IMG/VR virus record: IMGVR_UViG_3300042301_002170
Direction: 5' to 3' (one strand)
DNA from: a virus
DNA length: 64,000 bases
The position numbers and the translations under genes are program-made. Below are positions 1 through 7,626 of the stretch, piece by piece; positions within the stretch are counted from its first letter, which is position 1, and every line of letters begins with the position of its first letter. Below the pieces are notes generated by a model that was given only the letters and a program-made list of their open reading frames with translations, was not told the origin of the DNA and did not search any database.

Positions 1-117
1 ACTTTGAATATGGAGTATTGCTTTGAGATGGGTGCGATTTCTAATGAGAGATATGAACGTGCTAAGGCAGAGATGATGGTGCGTGCTAGAGAGATTTATT
101 TATTCGGACATGAATAG
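1..117 (+). CDS. 3' end of hypothetical protein (partial, runs off window start)
   Basis: Frame-1 open reading TLNMEYCFEMGAISNERYERAKAEMMVRAREIYLFGHE* ending at TAG 115-117, followed by a terminator. Confidence 0.5.
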   Translation, partial: TLNMEYCFEMGAISNERYERAKAEMMVRAREIYLFGHE

Positions 118-204
118 AAATAATTTTACCTAAGTCAGCAATAGACAGTATAGGTATAGAGATATAGATTTGTTTGTTACATTTTTTTTTGGGTTAGAGT
201 ACAG

Positions 205-236
205 AAAGCAGTAGGACGATGTTCTACTGCTTTTTT
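205..236 (+). terminator. Rho-independent terminator
   Basis: Stem aaagcagtag/ctactgcttt (10 bp perfect, extendable), loop gat, followed by T-run. Confidence 0.7.
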
Positions 237-272
237 ATGTCTAATCAACAGAGTTAGTTATCTGGCTAAGTA

Positions 273-285
273 TGACACGGTGTCA
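273..285. promoter_or_regulatory. Palindromic operator-like site TGACA-N3-TGTCA (copy 1)
   Basis: TGACACGGTGTCA, non-coding; same motif at 326-338 and 21224-21236. Confidence 0.5.
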
Positions 286-325
286 GTACCCTACCCCCCA
301 ACTGAATATCGTGTAGCTAGGAAAA

Positions 326-338
326 TGACAAGTTGTCA
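326..338. promoter_or_regulatory. Palindromic operator-like site TGACA-N3-TGTCA (copy 2)
   Basis: TGACAAGTTGTCA, non-coding. Confidence 0.5.
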
Positions 339-488
339 GAGCCCGGTCGGACACGTTTAAATACCGGGGCCGTATTTTTTGTGGTGGAAACCCTTTTTTA
401 TATACTGATGTGATACATCATACTTTGATTATACCTCCTATACGGTGTTTAAACGGTATTGAGGTAAAAAATAAATATCTAATAATGC

Positions 489-519
489 TTGGATATATGG
501 TTAGAATGTTGTATCTTTA
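489..519 (+). promoter_or_regulatory. Bacteroidota-type housekeeping-sigma promoter (early)
   Basis: TTG(489)-N20-TATCTTTA(512); matches the -33 TTG / -7 TAnnTTTG architecture. Confidence 0.65.
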
Positions 520-566
520 TTATATGAGAGTGAGAGATGGTTCTCCTCCTTTAAACCCCCTTTATT

Positions 567-971
567 ATGAACAACCTAAAATATTTATCCCAACAGAATT
601 ATCAGTTAAATAAAGAAATTGAGCGTGGTATCATCCACATCCCTTCTAACCGTAGAAAGAATAACAACACAGATTATGAGAAAGTAGATTTTTCATATGT
701 TGGTTTAGAAGAGGTTGAGCAGTTTGAATCTCAATCATCAGAGTTCAGAGGTTTTGAGCTTGAAGATATTCGTACCGAATTATCATTAGTTATGGGTTCG
801 GTACTTACCCCCAAAGAACAACACACCATTGAGATGTCATTCGGTCTGTTGAGTTATGATGAAATGAATGATGAAGAGATTGGTAATGAATTAGGAGTTA
901 TGCGTGAGAGAGCTCGTCAGATTAGGGTTCGTGCCATCACTAAACTTCAAAACTACTTCACTAAACTATAA
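567..971 (+). CDS. Truncated sigma-70-like protein (region 4 HTH, no region 2)
   Basis: C-terminus LTPKEQHTIEMSFGL..EMNDEEIGNELGVMRERARQIRVRAITKLQ is a typical RpoD region-4 HTH; only 134 aa. Confidence 0.8.
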   Translation: MNNLKYLSQQNYQLNKEIERGIIHIPSNRRKNNNTDYEKVDFSYVGLEEVEQFESQSSEFRGFELEDIRTELSLVMGSVLTPKEQHTIEMSFGLLSYDEMNDEEIGNELGVMRERARQIRVRAITKLQNYFTKL

Positions 972-976
972 TCCAT

Positions 977-1207
977 ATGACTACGAAAGAGTATTTAGAA
1001 CGATGCAAAGAGATTGATGCTACCATTAGTGTACTCAAAGCTCTACCTAATCCTAATAAAGACTTGTATTGGTTGTTAGAACGAAATACCGTTACTGCCT
1101 CCAAAACCAAATGGGATAAGATGATAGATGAGTTACACCAACAAAAGAAGATGTTGAAGCTAAAAAGAGATTTCTCCCTACGGTATGGGTATGGTTTTGC
1201 CGACTAA
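977..1207 (+). CDS. Hypothetical protein (76 aa)
   Basis: ORF tiling directly after the previous gene. Confidence 0.7.
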   Translation: MTTKEYLERCKEIDATISVLKALPNPNKDLYWLLERNTVTASKTKWDKMIDELHQQKKMLKLKRDFSLRYGYGFAD

Positions 1208-1225
1208 AAATAAACCATTAAATGC

Positions 1226-1256
1226 TTGACATTATCCTTAGAATTTCGTATATTGT
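1226..1256 (+). promoter_or_regulatory. Bacteroidota-type promoter (early)
   Basis: TTG(1226)-N20-TATATTGT(1249); -7 box less canonical. Confidence 0.55.
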
Positions 1257-1293
1257 ATTTTAATTGATTGATAACCCCTTAACCCCCTTTATT

Positions 1294-1533
1294 ATGAATA
1301 TTGACAAAATTCAAGAGTTGAAAGGTGTAATTGGTAAAGAATGTAGTGAGAACTTCTCACCTACCCTTAGAGCTAAATTAGTTGATTACGATGAGTTCCA
1401 TCACATATGTACTATGGAAATTGTTAAATCACCATATACATCTATGCTACAATCTGGCTCTCTTAACGAACATAGAGTTGGTGAGAGATACAAAGCTCAC
1501 GCATCTCGCATTTGGAATGTTTATTTTTATTAA
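1294..1533 (+). CDS. Hypothetical early protein (79 aa; start moved to ATG 1294)
   Basis: AACCCCCTTT leader precedes ATG 1294, as for neighbouring genes. Confidence 0.7.
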   Translation: MNIDKIQELKGVIGKECSENFSPTLRAKLVDYDEFHHICTMEIVKSPYTSMLQSGSLNEHRVGERYKAHASRIWNVYFY

Positions 1534-1552
1534 AACCCTAAACCCCTTACTT

Positions 1553-1792
1553 ATGAGTTACATTAGATTTGATAGACACACCAATATGAGTTCGGAAACC
1601 CGCAATGAGATATTGGATATTATTGGAGAGGTTGATTACAATACCGGCTTCGACCTTATGAATATGTTGTATGGTTTGTTCGATGGATACCTTTACGATG
1701 ATTTGCTTGAGGTAGCTAAAGGTGCAAAGATAGATAAGGCACTTTACAATAGAGTAGAAAATGTAGTTACGGTTATTAAAAATTATTTATAA
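1553..1792 (+). CDS. Hypothetical early protein (79 aa; start moved to ATG 1553)
   Basis: AAACCCCTT leader; the longer track ORF would overlap the upstream gene. Confidence 0.7.
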   Translation: MSYIRFDRHTNMSSETRNEILDIIGEVDYNTGFDLMNMLYGLFDGYLYDDLLEVAKGAKIDKALYNRVENVVTVIKNYL

Positions 1793-1809
1793 AATAATGA
1801 AGAAAAGAC

Positions 1810-1840
1810 TTGACATTGTGGTTAGAATTTCGTATCTTTA
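1810..1840 (+). promoter_or_regulatory. Bacteroidota-type promoter (early)
   Basis: TTG(1810)-N20-TATCTTTA(1833). Confidence 0.65.
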
Positions 1841-1897
1841 TTATATGTGAGAGTCGTAGTACTCCACTTTAAACCTTCAACCTTAAACCCCTTTTAT

Positions 1898-2182
1898 ATG
1901 AACCTTTCCGAAACCCCCATCCCCGCATTAGTTAAAAGAAACTTCCTTACCGACCTCAATCTTTTCATTGAGTACTGTAACGATTTCTACAACATTAAGA
2001 CCGGTATGTACCCCATCGCAAAACGTAGTGAAATTATCAACGCAATCGGTGAGTACCTTACAGAACCACATCCCTTTGATATTCAGTTTGATTCAATAGA
2101 TAGAGAGAATGTTCGTATGATTTTAGAACCTTCTTACTCTCCGTTCGGTCCTGCTACTGAATTTACAGTTGTTGAACAATAA
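1898..2182 (+). CDS. Hypothetical early protein (94 aa; start ATG 1898)
   Basis: AAACCCCTTTT leader before ATG 1898. Confidence 0.7.
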   Translation: MNLSETPIPALVKRNFLTDLNLFIEYCNDFYNIKTGMYPIAKRSEIINAIGEYLTEPHPFDIQFDSIDRENVRMILEPSYSPFGPATEFTVVEQ

Positions 2183-2208
2183 TCTTTAAACTTTAAACCC
2201 CTTTCCAA

Positions 2209-2673
2209 ATGGCTACTTCAAACTTCCACAATGTTAATGCTTCTCACATCTTCGCAGTTCAATTAGAAGATACCTATGAGTACGATGATTTAATTGATAA
2301 CGTTAAATACTCCCTTAAAGAAACAGGTTACTTTAACTTACTTACAAAATCAGACCCTAACGAATTACGCTCTTACCCATCCACTTCAATTGGTTCATTA
2401 GATTCTTATGTAGAAGATACAGAAGGTAACGGTATCTACATTCAAATTACGGCAGTTGTCCGTTCAGGTTATTACGATGGTGTTAATTTAGATTGGCATC
2501 TACACTTTGAAGAGTACGGTGAGACGGTAGAACATTTACTACCACAAGCAGAGCAGGAGCAAAATCGTTTGATAGAGTTAGTTGAAACGGTGTTCGCAGA
2601 GTTCTCTACTCCTTTAGGTGTTACTGCTCAATTCTCTAACGGAGAAACGATTTATCACCCTGTAAATTATTAA
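2209..2673 (+). CDS. Hypothetical early protein (154 aa, acidic)
   Basis: ORF with AAACCCCTTT leader. Confidence 0.75.
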   Translation: MATSNFHNVNASHIFAVQLEDTYEYDDLIDNVKYSLKETGYFNLLTKSDPNELRSYPSTSIGSLDSYVEDTEGNGIYIQITAVVRSGYYDGVNLDWHLHFEEYGETVEHLLPQAEQEQNRLIELVETVFAEFSTPLGVTAQFSNGETIYHPVNY

Positions 2674-2691
2674 TCTTAATCCCCTTATATT

Positions 2692-2922
2692 ATGAATCCT
2701 ATTACTATTCCCCTTATTTATGGTGCTGCTTTATGTAACGATGCTGCTGGTTTCGATGCTTGGTGTGATAAGAACAAAGTTGATGTTACTTGGTTAGATG
2801 TTACCTTAACCGATTTTAACGATGGATACTACAACGTAGAGTTACCTGCTTATAATTTAGAGGTGTGTTACTGCGATGGTTTGTTAGAACACTTTTTTGA
2901 AACTGAACTTGAAGAAAACTAA
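2692..2922 (+). CDS. Hypothetical early protein (76 aa, acidic)
   Basis: ORF with AATCCCCTT leader. Confidence 0.7.
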   Translation: MNPITIPLIYGAALCNDAAGFDAWCDKNKVDVTWLDVTLTDFNDGYYNVELPAYNLEVCYCDGLLEHFFETELEEN

Positions 2923-2927
2923 AAGAT

Positions 2928-3164
2928 ATGAATATGTTAGAATTAGTTGGTTACGTTGCTATGGGATTATCAATCCTTTCATTTGCCTTTTCTAAACAAA
3001 GGTTAGTTAGAATCACCAATAGTATTGCTTGTTTAGTGTGGGTGTACTATGGATTCTTAATTCAAAACAATCCTACTATAATAGTCAACGTTATGGTATG
3101 TATGGTACATATCCATTGGTTTGTGAATAGATGGTGTAGAATTAATAAGTTAAACCGCAAATAA
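2928..3164 (+). CDS. Small 3-TM membrane protein, YgjV/SemiSWEET(PQ-loop)-like
   Basis: Three hydrophobic segments; ELVGYVA..SF, R..N.IAC.VWVYYG.LI..NPTII.N pattern. Confidence 0.55.
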   Translation: MNMLELVGYVAMGLSILSFAFSKQRLVRITNSIACLVWVYYGFLIQNNPTIIVNVMVCMVHIHWFVNRWCRINKLNRK

Positions 3165-3165
3165 G

Positions 3166-3462
3166 ATGAAAAAGATAACACAAGAATCGGTTAAAAAGTT
3201 CATAGAACGTAAACCATTTAAAAAAGGTAATATGGAGGTTGTAATAGATGGTAGTATAACCTACTTAGAATTACATGGTAATAGAATTGCTGCACTACTA
3301 TCGGATAATCGTATGTGGGTATCTAATGCTGCTTGGGCAACCAATACTACAAAAGAAAGATTAAACGGTTTACCTGGAGTAAACGTTGTCCAACGAAATT
3401 GGCAATGGGTTTTGAACGGAATGCCGTGGGATGGAAAACCAATTTTTATAGATAAAATTTAA
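3166..3462 (+). CDS. Conserved phage hypothetical protein (98 aa)
   Basis: Tiling ORF; LHGNRIA and W.TNTTKERLNGL motifs; no function recognised. Confidence 0.7.
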   Translation: MKKITQESVKKFIERKPFKKGNMEVVIDGSITYLELHGNRIAALLSDNRMWVSNAAWATNTTKERLNGLPGVNVVQRNWQWVLNGMPWDGKPIFIDKI

Positions 3463-3466
3463 TGAT

Positions 3467-3664
3467 ATGAAAAACAACAACGATAGTGTAGGTGAAGGAT
3501 TAGGTTTGCTATTACTCTTCACCTTTATAGTTTTGGTTATAATAAAGCTTGAATGGTATATCGATATACCTTGGATAGTTGTGTTTGCTCCCCTATGGTT
3601 GCCACTTATAACTATTTTCATAGTAGGTATGGTAATGGGATTTACTAATCCTCCTAAAGATTAA
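3467..3664 (+). CDS. Small membrane protein resembling phage 'transmembrane Fragile-X-F'-like family
   Basis: Two TM segments with IKL..YIDIPWIVVFAPLWLP signature. Confidence 0.55.
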   Translation: MKNNNDSVGEGLGLLLLFTFIVLVIIKLEWYIDIPWIVVFAPLWLPLITIFIVGMVMGFTNPPKD

Positions 3665-3668
3665 AAGA

Positions 3669-4034
3669 ATGCTAACAATACAAAACCCAAGAAGAGATGC
3701 ACATCACGATACTGGAATCGTAATAGGTTCATTCAAATTGGTAGATGGTGGTTTGTGTAATAAAGGAGGTGGTGTAGGTAATGGTTCTTCCATTGATTGT
3801 GATAGTTATTCATTCTATTGGAATTACAATGATGAACCCCGCCGTTTTAAATGCTTTTTAGAAAGAGAACCAATAGAGGGTACAACATCTATATACAAAT
3901 TTGAGATTTACGATAGTAAAGGAGTAGGGGGTGATACGTTAATATTCTCTACATCGGTGGGTACACATACGCACCTAAAAGATAGAATCGGATTTTATAC
4001 TTGGATGACAAATAAAATAGTAAACCATATGTAA
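3669..4034 (+). CDS. MLTI-family hypothetical protein 1
   Basis: Starts MLTIQN; shares FKLVDGGL..YSFYWN with 4357..4743. Confidence 0.75.
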   Translation: MLTIQNPRRDAHHDTGIVIGSFKLVDGGLCNKGGGVGNGSSIDCDSYSFYWNYNDEPRRFKCFLEREPIEGTTSIYKFEIYDSKGVGGDTLIFSTSVGTHTHLKDRIGFYTWMTNKIVNHM

Positions 4035-4035
4035 T

Positions 4036-4353
4036 ATGCTAACAATTGAAAACTACACTAAATTAGAAGGACGGTTATTAGAGTTTACCGGAGGTTGGAA
4101 GGTAGAGTTTTGCATGGCACAAAAGTCCGATTATGCAATACACATAAAGAACCCTGCTCAATTTCAAAATCATAGACAGGTAGTTCATTTAAGTAGAACA
4201 AAAGAAAGTTTGGGTAATGGGGAATGGAGATACTTCTTTTACTATGAAGGTAAAAAAATTGAATGGTGTGTAGATGTAGAATACCTTTCGAATATGAATA
4301 TGATGTTAGAAACTCTATGTAAAATAGTTAATACCAAATTCAATTCATTTTAA
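4036..4353 (+). CDS. MLTI-family hypothetical protein 2
   Basis: Starts MLTIEN. Confidence 0.75.
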   Translation: MLTIENYTKLEGRLLEFTGGWKVEFCMAQKSDYAIHIKNPAQFQNHRQVVHLSRTKESLGNGEWRYFFYYEGKKIEWCVDVEYLSNMNMMLETLCKIVNTKFNSF

Positions 4354-4356
4354 GAT

Positions 4357-4743
4357 ATGCTAACAATTCAAAACGTAAGAAAAGATATTCATTGGTTAGA
4401 TGGATATGAGTTCAATGGGTATAAACTGGTAGATGGTGGATTAAGTGGTGAGAAATCTCATACCGCACTATATAATCCGTTCTATTCATTTTATTGGAAT
4501 TTGGATGGAAAACCATATATTAAAGTTTTAATCAAAAGAAGTCCAATAACGGATGATAAAAATCATATAGAGTTATACGGTATAAGCTATGGTATCCGAT
4601 TTCATAAGAAGAATGCCGATGGTTCGGAATGGGAAGAAATATGGAAAGATATTATTAATCAAAATGATATAAAAGATTCAAATAAGTTTTATATGAAAGT
4701 GATTAGTTCAATTGAATGGTTAAAGAATAGGGGGTTATGCTAA
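4357..4743 (+). CDS. MLTI-family hypothetical protein 3
   Basis: Starts MLTIQN; paralog of 3669..4034. Confidence 0.75.
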   Translation: MLTIQNVRKDIHWLDGYEFNGYKLVDGGLSGEKSHTALYNPFYSFYWNLDGKPYIKVLIKRSPITDDKNHIELYGISYGIRFHKKNADGSEWEEIWKDIINQNDIKDSNKFYMKVISSIEWLKNRGLC

Positions 4744-4766
4744 CAATTAAAAATTACTATATATAG
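4737..4766 (+). pseudogene. Truncated fourth MLTI-family start (MLTIKNYYI*)
   Basis: ATGCTAACAATTAAAAAT start matches the three upstream genes, then TAG after 9 codons. Confidence 0.5.
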
Positions 4767-4771
4767 TTAAT

Positions 4772-5389
4772 ATGACACTCAACGTTTTCAATAAGCAAAT
4801 TCTAACTCCTCCAAAATGTGGTTCACGTTTTTTAGATGAAGTGTATGGTGTTGATAGAGAATATGTTGATTTGTTTGATATAATAAAAGTTCCACTAACT
4901 TCAAACGTTAAATGGATAGTATTGAGAAATCCATCCGATTTACTAATATCCGCATTACATACGGAGTTTATAGAGCGTTGGAATAAAGAAGGTAAATCTT
5001 TATTAGGTGGTTGGAGTAAAGAGGATAAATCTTTAAAAGAAAAAAAACTGTTAGATGGTATTATGAAGATTAATTCCAACTCACATTGGCATCATCAATT
5101 GTTTAAATATTTGTACTTATTTGGAGTCTCTTTACCTACACCACCTACTATCGTAATGTTGGATGATTTAAACGATTTTCTAACCAAAGAAATGGGTATT
5201 GAAAAATTACCTATTTTTGATGAAACAAAGTATAATTTCTCAAACGATTCAATATGGTTATCTAAATCCGAACTAAAATTGTATTTAATTGAAACATATC
5301 CCCAACAATGGGTTGAAATCAATACTTTGTTAAAAACTGATGAATTATTTTGGTATAAGATTCAAAACCAATTTCCCATTTGGAAGTAA
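4772..5389 (+). CDS. Sulfotransferase-like protein (PxKCGSR family)
   Basis: PPKCGSRFL resembles the 5'-PSB loop and WIVLRNP..L.SA the 3'-PB motif; paralog of 18788..19366 and of the C-terminal domain of 9638..11596. Confidence 0.5.
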   Translation: MTLNVFNKQILTPPKCGSRFLDEVYGVDREYVDLFDIIKVPLTSNVKWIVLRNPSDLLISALHTEFIERWNKEGKSLLGGWSKEDKSLKEKKLLDGIMKINSNSHWHHQLFKYLYLFGVSLPTPPTIVMLDDLNDFLTKEMGIEKLPIFDETKYNFSNDSIWLSKSELKLYLIETYPQQWVEINTLLKTDELFWYKIQNQFPIWK

Positions 5390-5491
5390 CTATCAATAGA
5401 ATCTATCTTAACGACCAAAATTTTCTTTTTGACTTTGGTTTACCCCCCCAACCCCCTCCCCAAAATAATTAAAATATATTTCAGAAAAGAC

Positions 5492-5522
5492 TTGACTTTG
5501 ATTGCGGAATTTTGTATCTTTA
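5492..5522 (+). promoter_or_regulatory. Bacteroidota-type promoter (early)
   Basis: TTG(5492)-N20-TATCTTTA(5515). Confidence 0.65.
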
Positions 5523-5563
5523 CTATGTAGTTCGGGTTGAGCTACTTTAAACCCCTTTCCGAT

Positions 5564-5923
5564 ATGAGCTTACCATTTAACCTTGCTTCCGTTTTAGAAA
5601 CCTCTTCTTTAGTTGAGGGTTATTCTGTTATTAAATCTGCTTTCCCTGTTAAGGGTCAGTTTGTTGACCGTACGATTACCTACACCGAAGCAGTATTTGA
5701 TGCTTTGGCAGATGTTGCTGAAGATTACCAAGACTGGCCTGAAGACCAGGGTTTTGGTTCATCTGATATGACTTATGTTCGTAAGTCGTTTATCGATTCG
5801 ATGATTTCAATTGCTAACCTACGTGGTTATTACGAAACCAAATTCCAACCCTACCTCAAAGTAGTTGAGTATTCAGAAGTTGAGTACCACGAACAACAAC
5901 TTCGTAGAGAGCAGGGATTGTAA
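5564..5923 (+). CDS. Hypothetical early protein (119 aa; start ATG 5564)
   Basis: AAACCCCTTT leader; the track GTG/TTG start lies in the leader. Confidence 0.7.
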   Translation: MSLPFNLASVLETSSLVEGYSVIKSAFPVKGQFVDRTITYTEAVFDALADVAEDYQDWPEDQGFGSSDMTYVRKSFIDSMISIANLRGYYETKFQPYLKVVEYSEVEYHEQQLRREQGL

Positions 5924-5952
5924 TTATTTTTAAACCTTAAACTTTAAACGTT

Positions 5953-6198
5953 ATGTCAAATTTTGAATTTACTTTTAAAAAACACGCCGAATACTTTACA
6001 GAAAGAATGACCGGTTATATTGAAGAATACAAATGTGTTAGGATGGAGATTATTTCCGCAGAGGGTTGGCATATGGATTTCCCTTTACATTCCGAAGAGG
6101 AGTATAATAACTACCTAAACAACTATTTGAAGGAAGGAGATAGAATCCTTAAAACCTATCCATCTACTACTTTTTACGAATCAAAATATAATTATTAA
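5953..6198 (+). CDS. Hypothetical protein (81 aa)
   Basis: Tiling ORF with AAACTTTAAAC leader. Confidence 0.7.
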   Translation: MSNFEFTFKKHAEYFTERMTGYIEEYKCVRMEIISAEGWHMDFPLHSEEEYNNYLNNYLKEGDRILKTYPSTTFYESKYNY

Positions 6199-6222
6199 AC
6201 TTAAAACTTAAATCATAAAATT

Positions 6223-6678
6223 ATGGGATTAGACATGTATTTAGAAAAACGTACCGATGTTAGACATTGGAGTTTTCAGAAAGAAGAAGAACAATTTGAG
6301 GTTGTTGTTAAAAAGGGTGGTGTAACCTATCCAAAAATCAACCCTAAAAATGTTACAACTATCGTAGAGGAAGTTGGTTACTGGCGTAAAGCAAACCAAA
6401 TCCACCGTTGGTTTGTAGAGAATGTACAAGATAATGTGGATAACTGTGGGGAATACTTTGTTCCAATAGTTAGGTTAAAGGAGTTGTTAGAACTTTGTTT
6501 GGCAGTTAAATTAAACCCTGAACAAGCAGGAACATTATTACCTACCGGTAGTGGTTTCTTCTTTGGTGGTGAAGAATATGATGAGTGGTATTTCAACGAT
6601 ATTGACAACACCATTGAGGTTCTAAAGGAAGCATTATCCGATGATGATGCAAGTTATTATTATTCTTCATCTTGGTAA
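6223..6678 (+). CDS. Conserved phage hypothetical protein (MGLDMY / YWRKANQIH family)
   Basis: MGLDMYL, GYWRKANQIHRWF, GFFFG..EYDEWY motifs. Confidence 0.75.
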   Translation: MGLDMYLEKRTDVRHWSFQKEEEQFEVVVKKGGVTYPKINPKNVTTIVEEVGYWRKANQIHRWFVENVQDNVDNCGEYFVPIVRLKELLELCLAVKLNPEQAGTLLPTGSGFFFGGEEYDEWYFNDIDNTIEVLKEALSDDDASYYYSSSW

Positions 6679-6679
6679 T

Positions 6680-6916
6680 ATGGATTATGTAGATTGTATA
6701 AAATGTGGGTGTGATATGCCCACATTACGATTTGTTATCTATGGATTCAAATCATGTGTAAGTTGTAGTACAACCGAAAGGGTAGGTGGTGTCCCTATTA
6801 CAAACCACAAAACAGGAAATACTATTCAGATTGTTCCTAAATCAGTTGCCGAAAATCTTATCCGTTTATCACAACGACAAGGGTATGGTGTATGTAAGGG
6901 AATGAAACACAATTAA
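6680..6916 (+). CDS. C4 zinc-finger protein, DksA/TraR-like finger (start ATG 6680)
   Basis: CIKCG.DMP.LR....G..SCVSCS spacing resembles the TraR/DksA finger. Confidence 0.5.
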   Translation: MDYVDCIKCGCDMPTLRFVIYGFKSCVSCSTTERVGGVPITNHKTGNTIQIVPKSVAENLIRLSQRQGYGVCKGMKHN

Positions 6917-6926
6917 AAATTAAATT

Positions 6927-7289
6927 ATGGAAGGTATATTATTGGCATTTTTTATTAGTTTTATAGGTATTGTATTTGCATTTGAGATGGCAGCATTTGC
7001 TAGTTGCGGGTGGTTTATCCCAAACGATTTATTAAATGAAGCATTGGATAAACATATCCCAAATGGAACTAGATTGAATATGTTTGATGATGATATAATC
7101 ACCATTGGAAATATGCACCAAATTTCAACTCTTCCTGGTGGATTTTTTGGTAGATATTATGTGCAGAGTGTGGGTAGAGTATTTAGGTTTTCATCGGCAC
7201 ATAGACGTATCAAAAGATTACATAATGAGTTGAAACCGGCGGTTATTAAACCAAAAAGAAACATCCGAAAGGAATTAAACATAGATTAA
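6927..7289 (+). CDS. Hypothetical protein with N-terminal TM helix
   Basis: Hydrophobic N-terminus, basic C-terminus. Confidence 0.7.
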   Translation: MEGILLAFFISFIGIVFAFEMAAFASCGWFIPNDLLNEALDKHIPNGTRLNMFDDDIITIGNMHQISTLPGGFFGRYYVQSVGRVFRFSSAHRRIKRLHNELKPAVIKPKRNIRKELNID

Positions 7290-7290
7290 T

Positions 7291-7626
7291 ATGAAACTAT
7301 TAAGTGGAATAGGACTGATTATAATTGCCCAAATCATGTCTTTTATACAATTACAAGGTCAAGTCAAATGGCCCTGGGCAAAGGATAACCCGTTGGTTAT
7401 GATGTTATTTGGACTACCTATTGGGTTTCTATTCATCAAATCCACCGGAGTTATAAACGAACTTACTGGTGAAACTTGGCCTGGCCGTTTAATCGGACAA
7501 GGTATTGGTATCATTATGTTTTCTATAATGAGTTGGATTATGTTTAGAGAACCCCTAACAATCAAAACGGGTGTGTGTATTGCATTGGCACTATCGGTGG
7601 TTGTTATACAAATCTTTTGGAAGTAA
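7291..7626 (+). CDS. 4-TM membrane protein, SMR/DMT-superfamily-like
   Basis: 111 aa, four hydrophobic helices, W.MFREPLT.KT.VC.AL C-terminal pattern. Confidence 0.5.
   Translation: MKLLSGIGLIIIAQIMSFIQLQGQVKWPWAKDNPLVMMLFGLPIGFLFIKSTGVINELTGETWPGRLIGQGIGIIMFSIMSWIMFREPLTIKTGVCIALALSVVVIQIFWK

Noticed and set aside
410-613. 67-aa + strand ORF
   Set aside because: Runs across the promoter and leader of the sigma-fragment gene and overlaps it; likely spurious.
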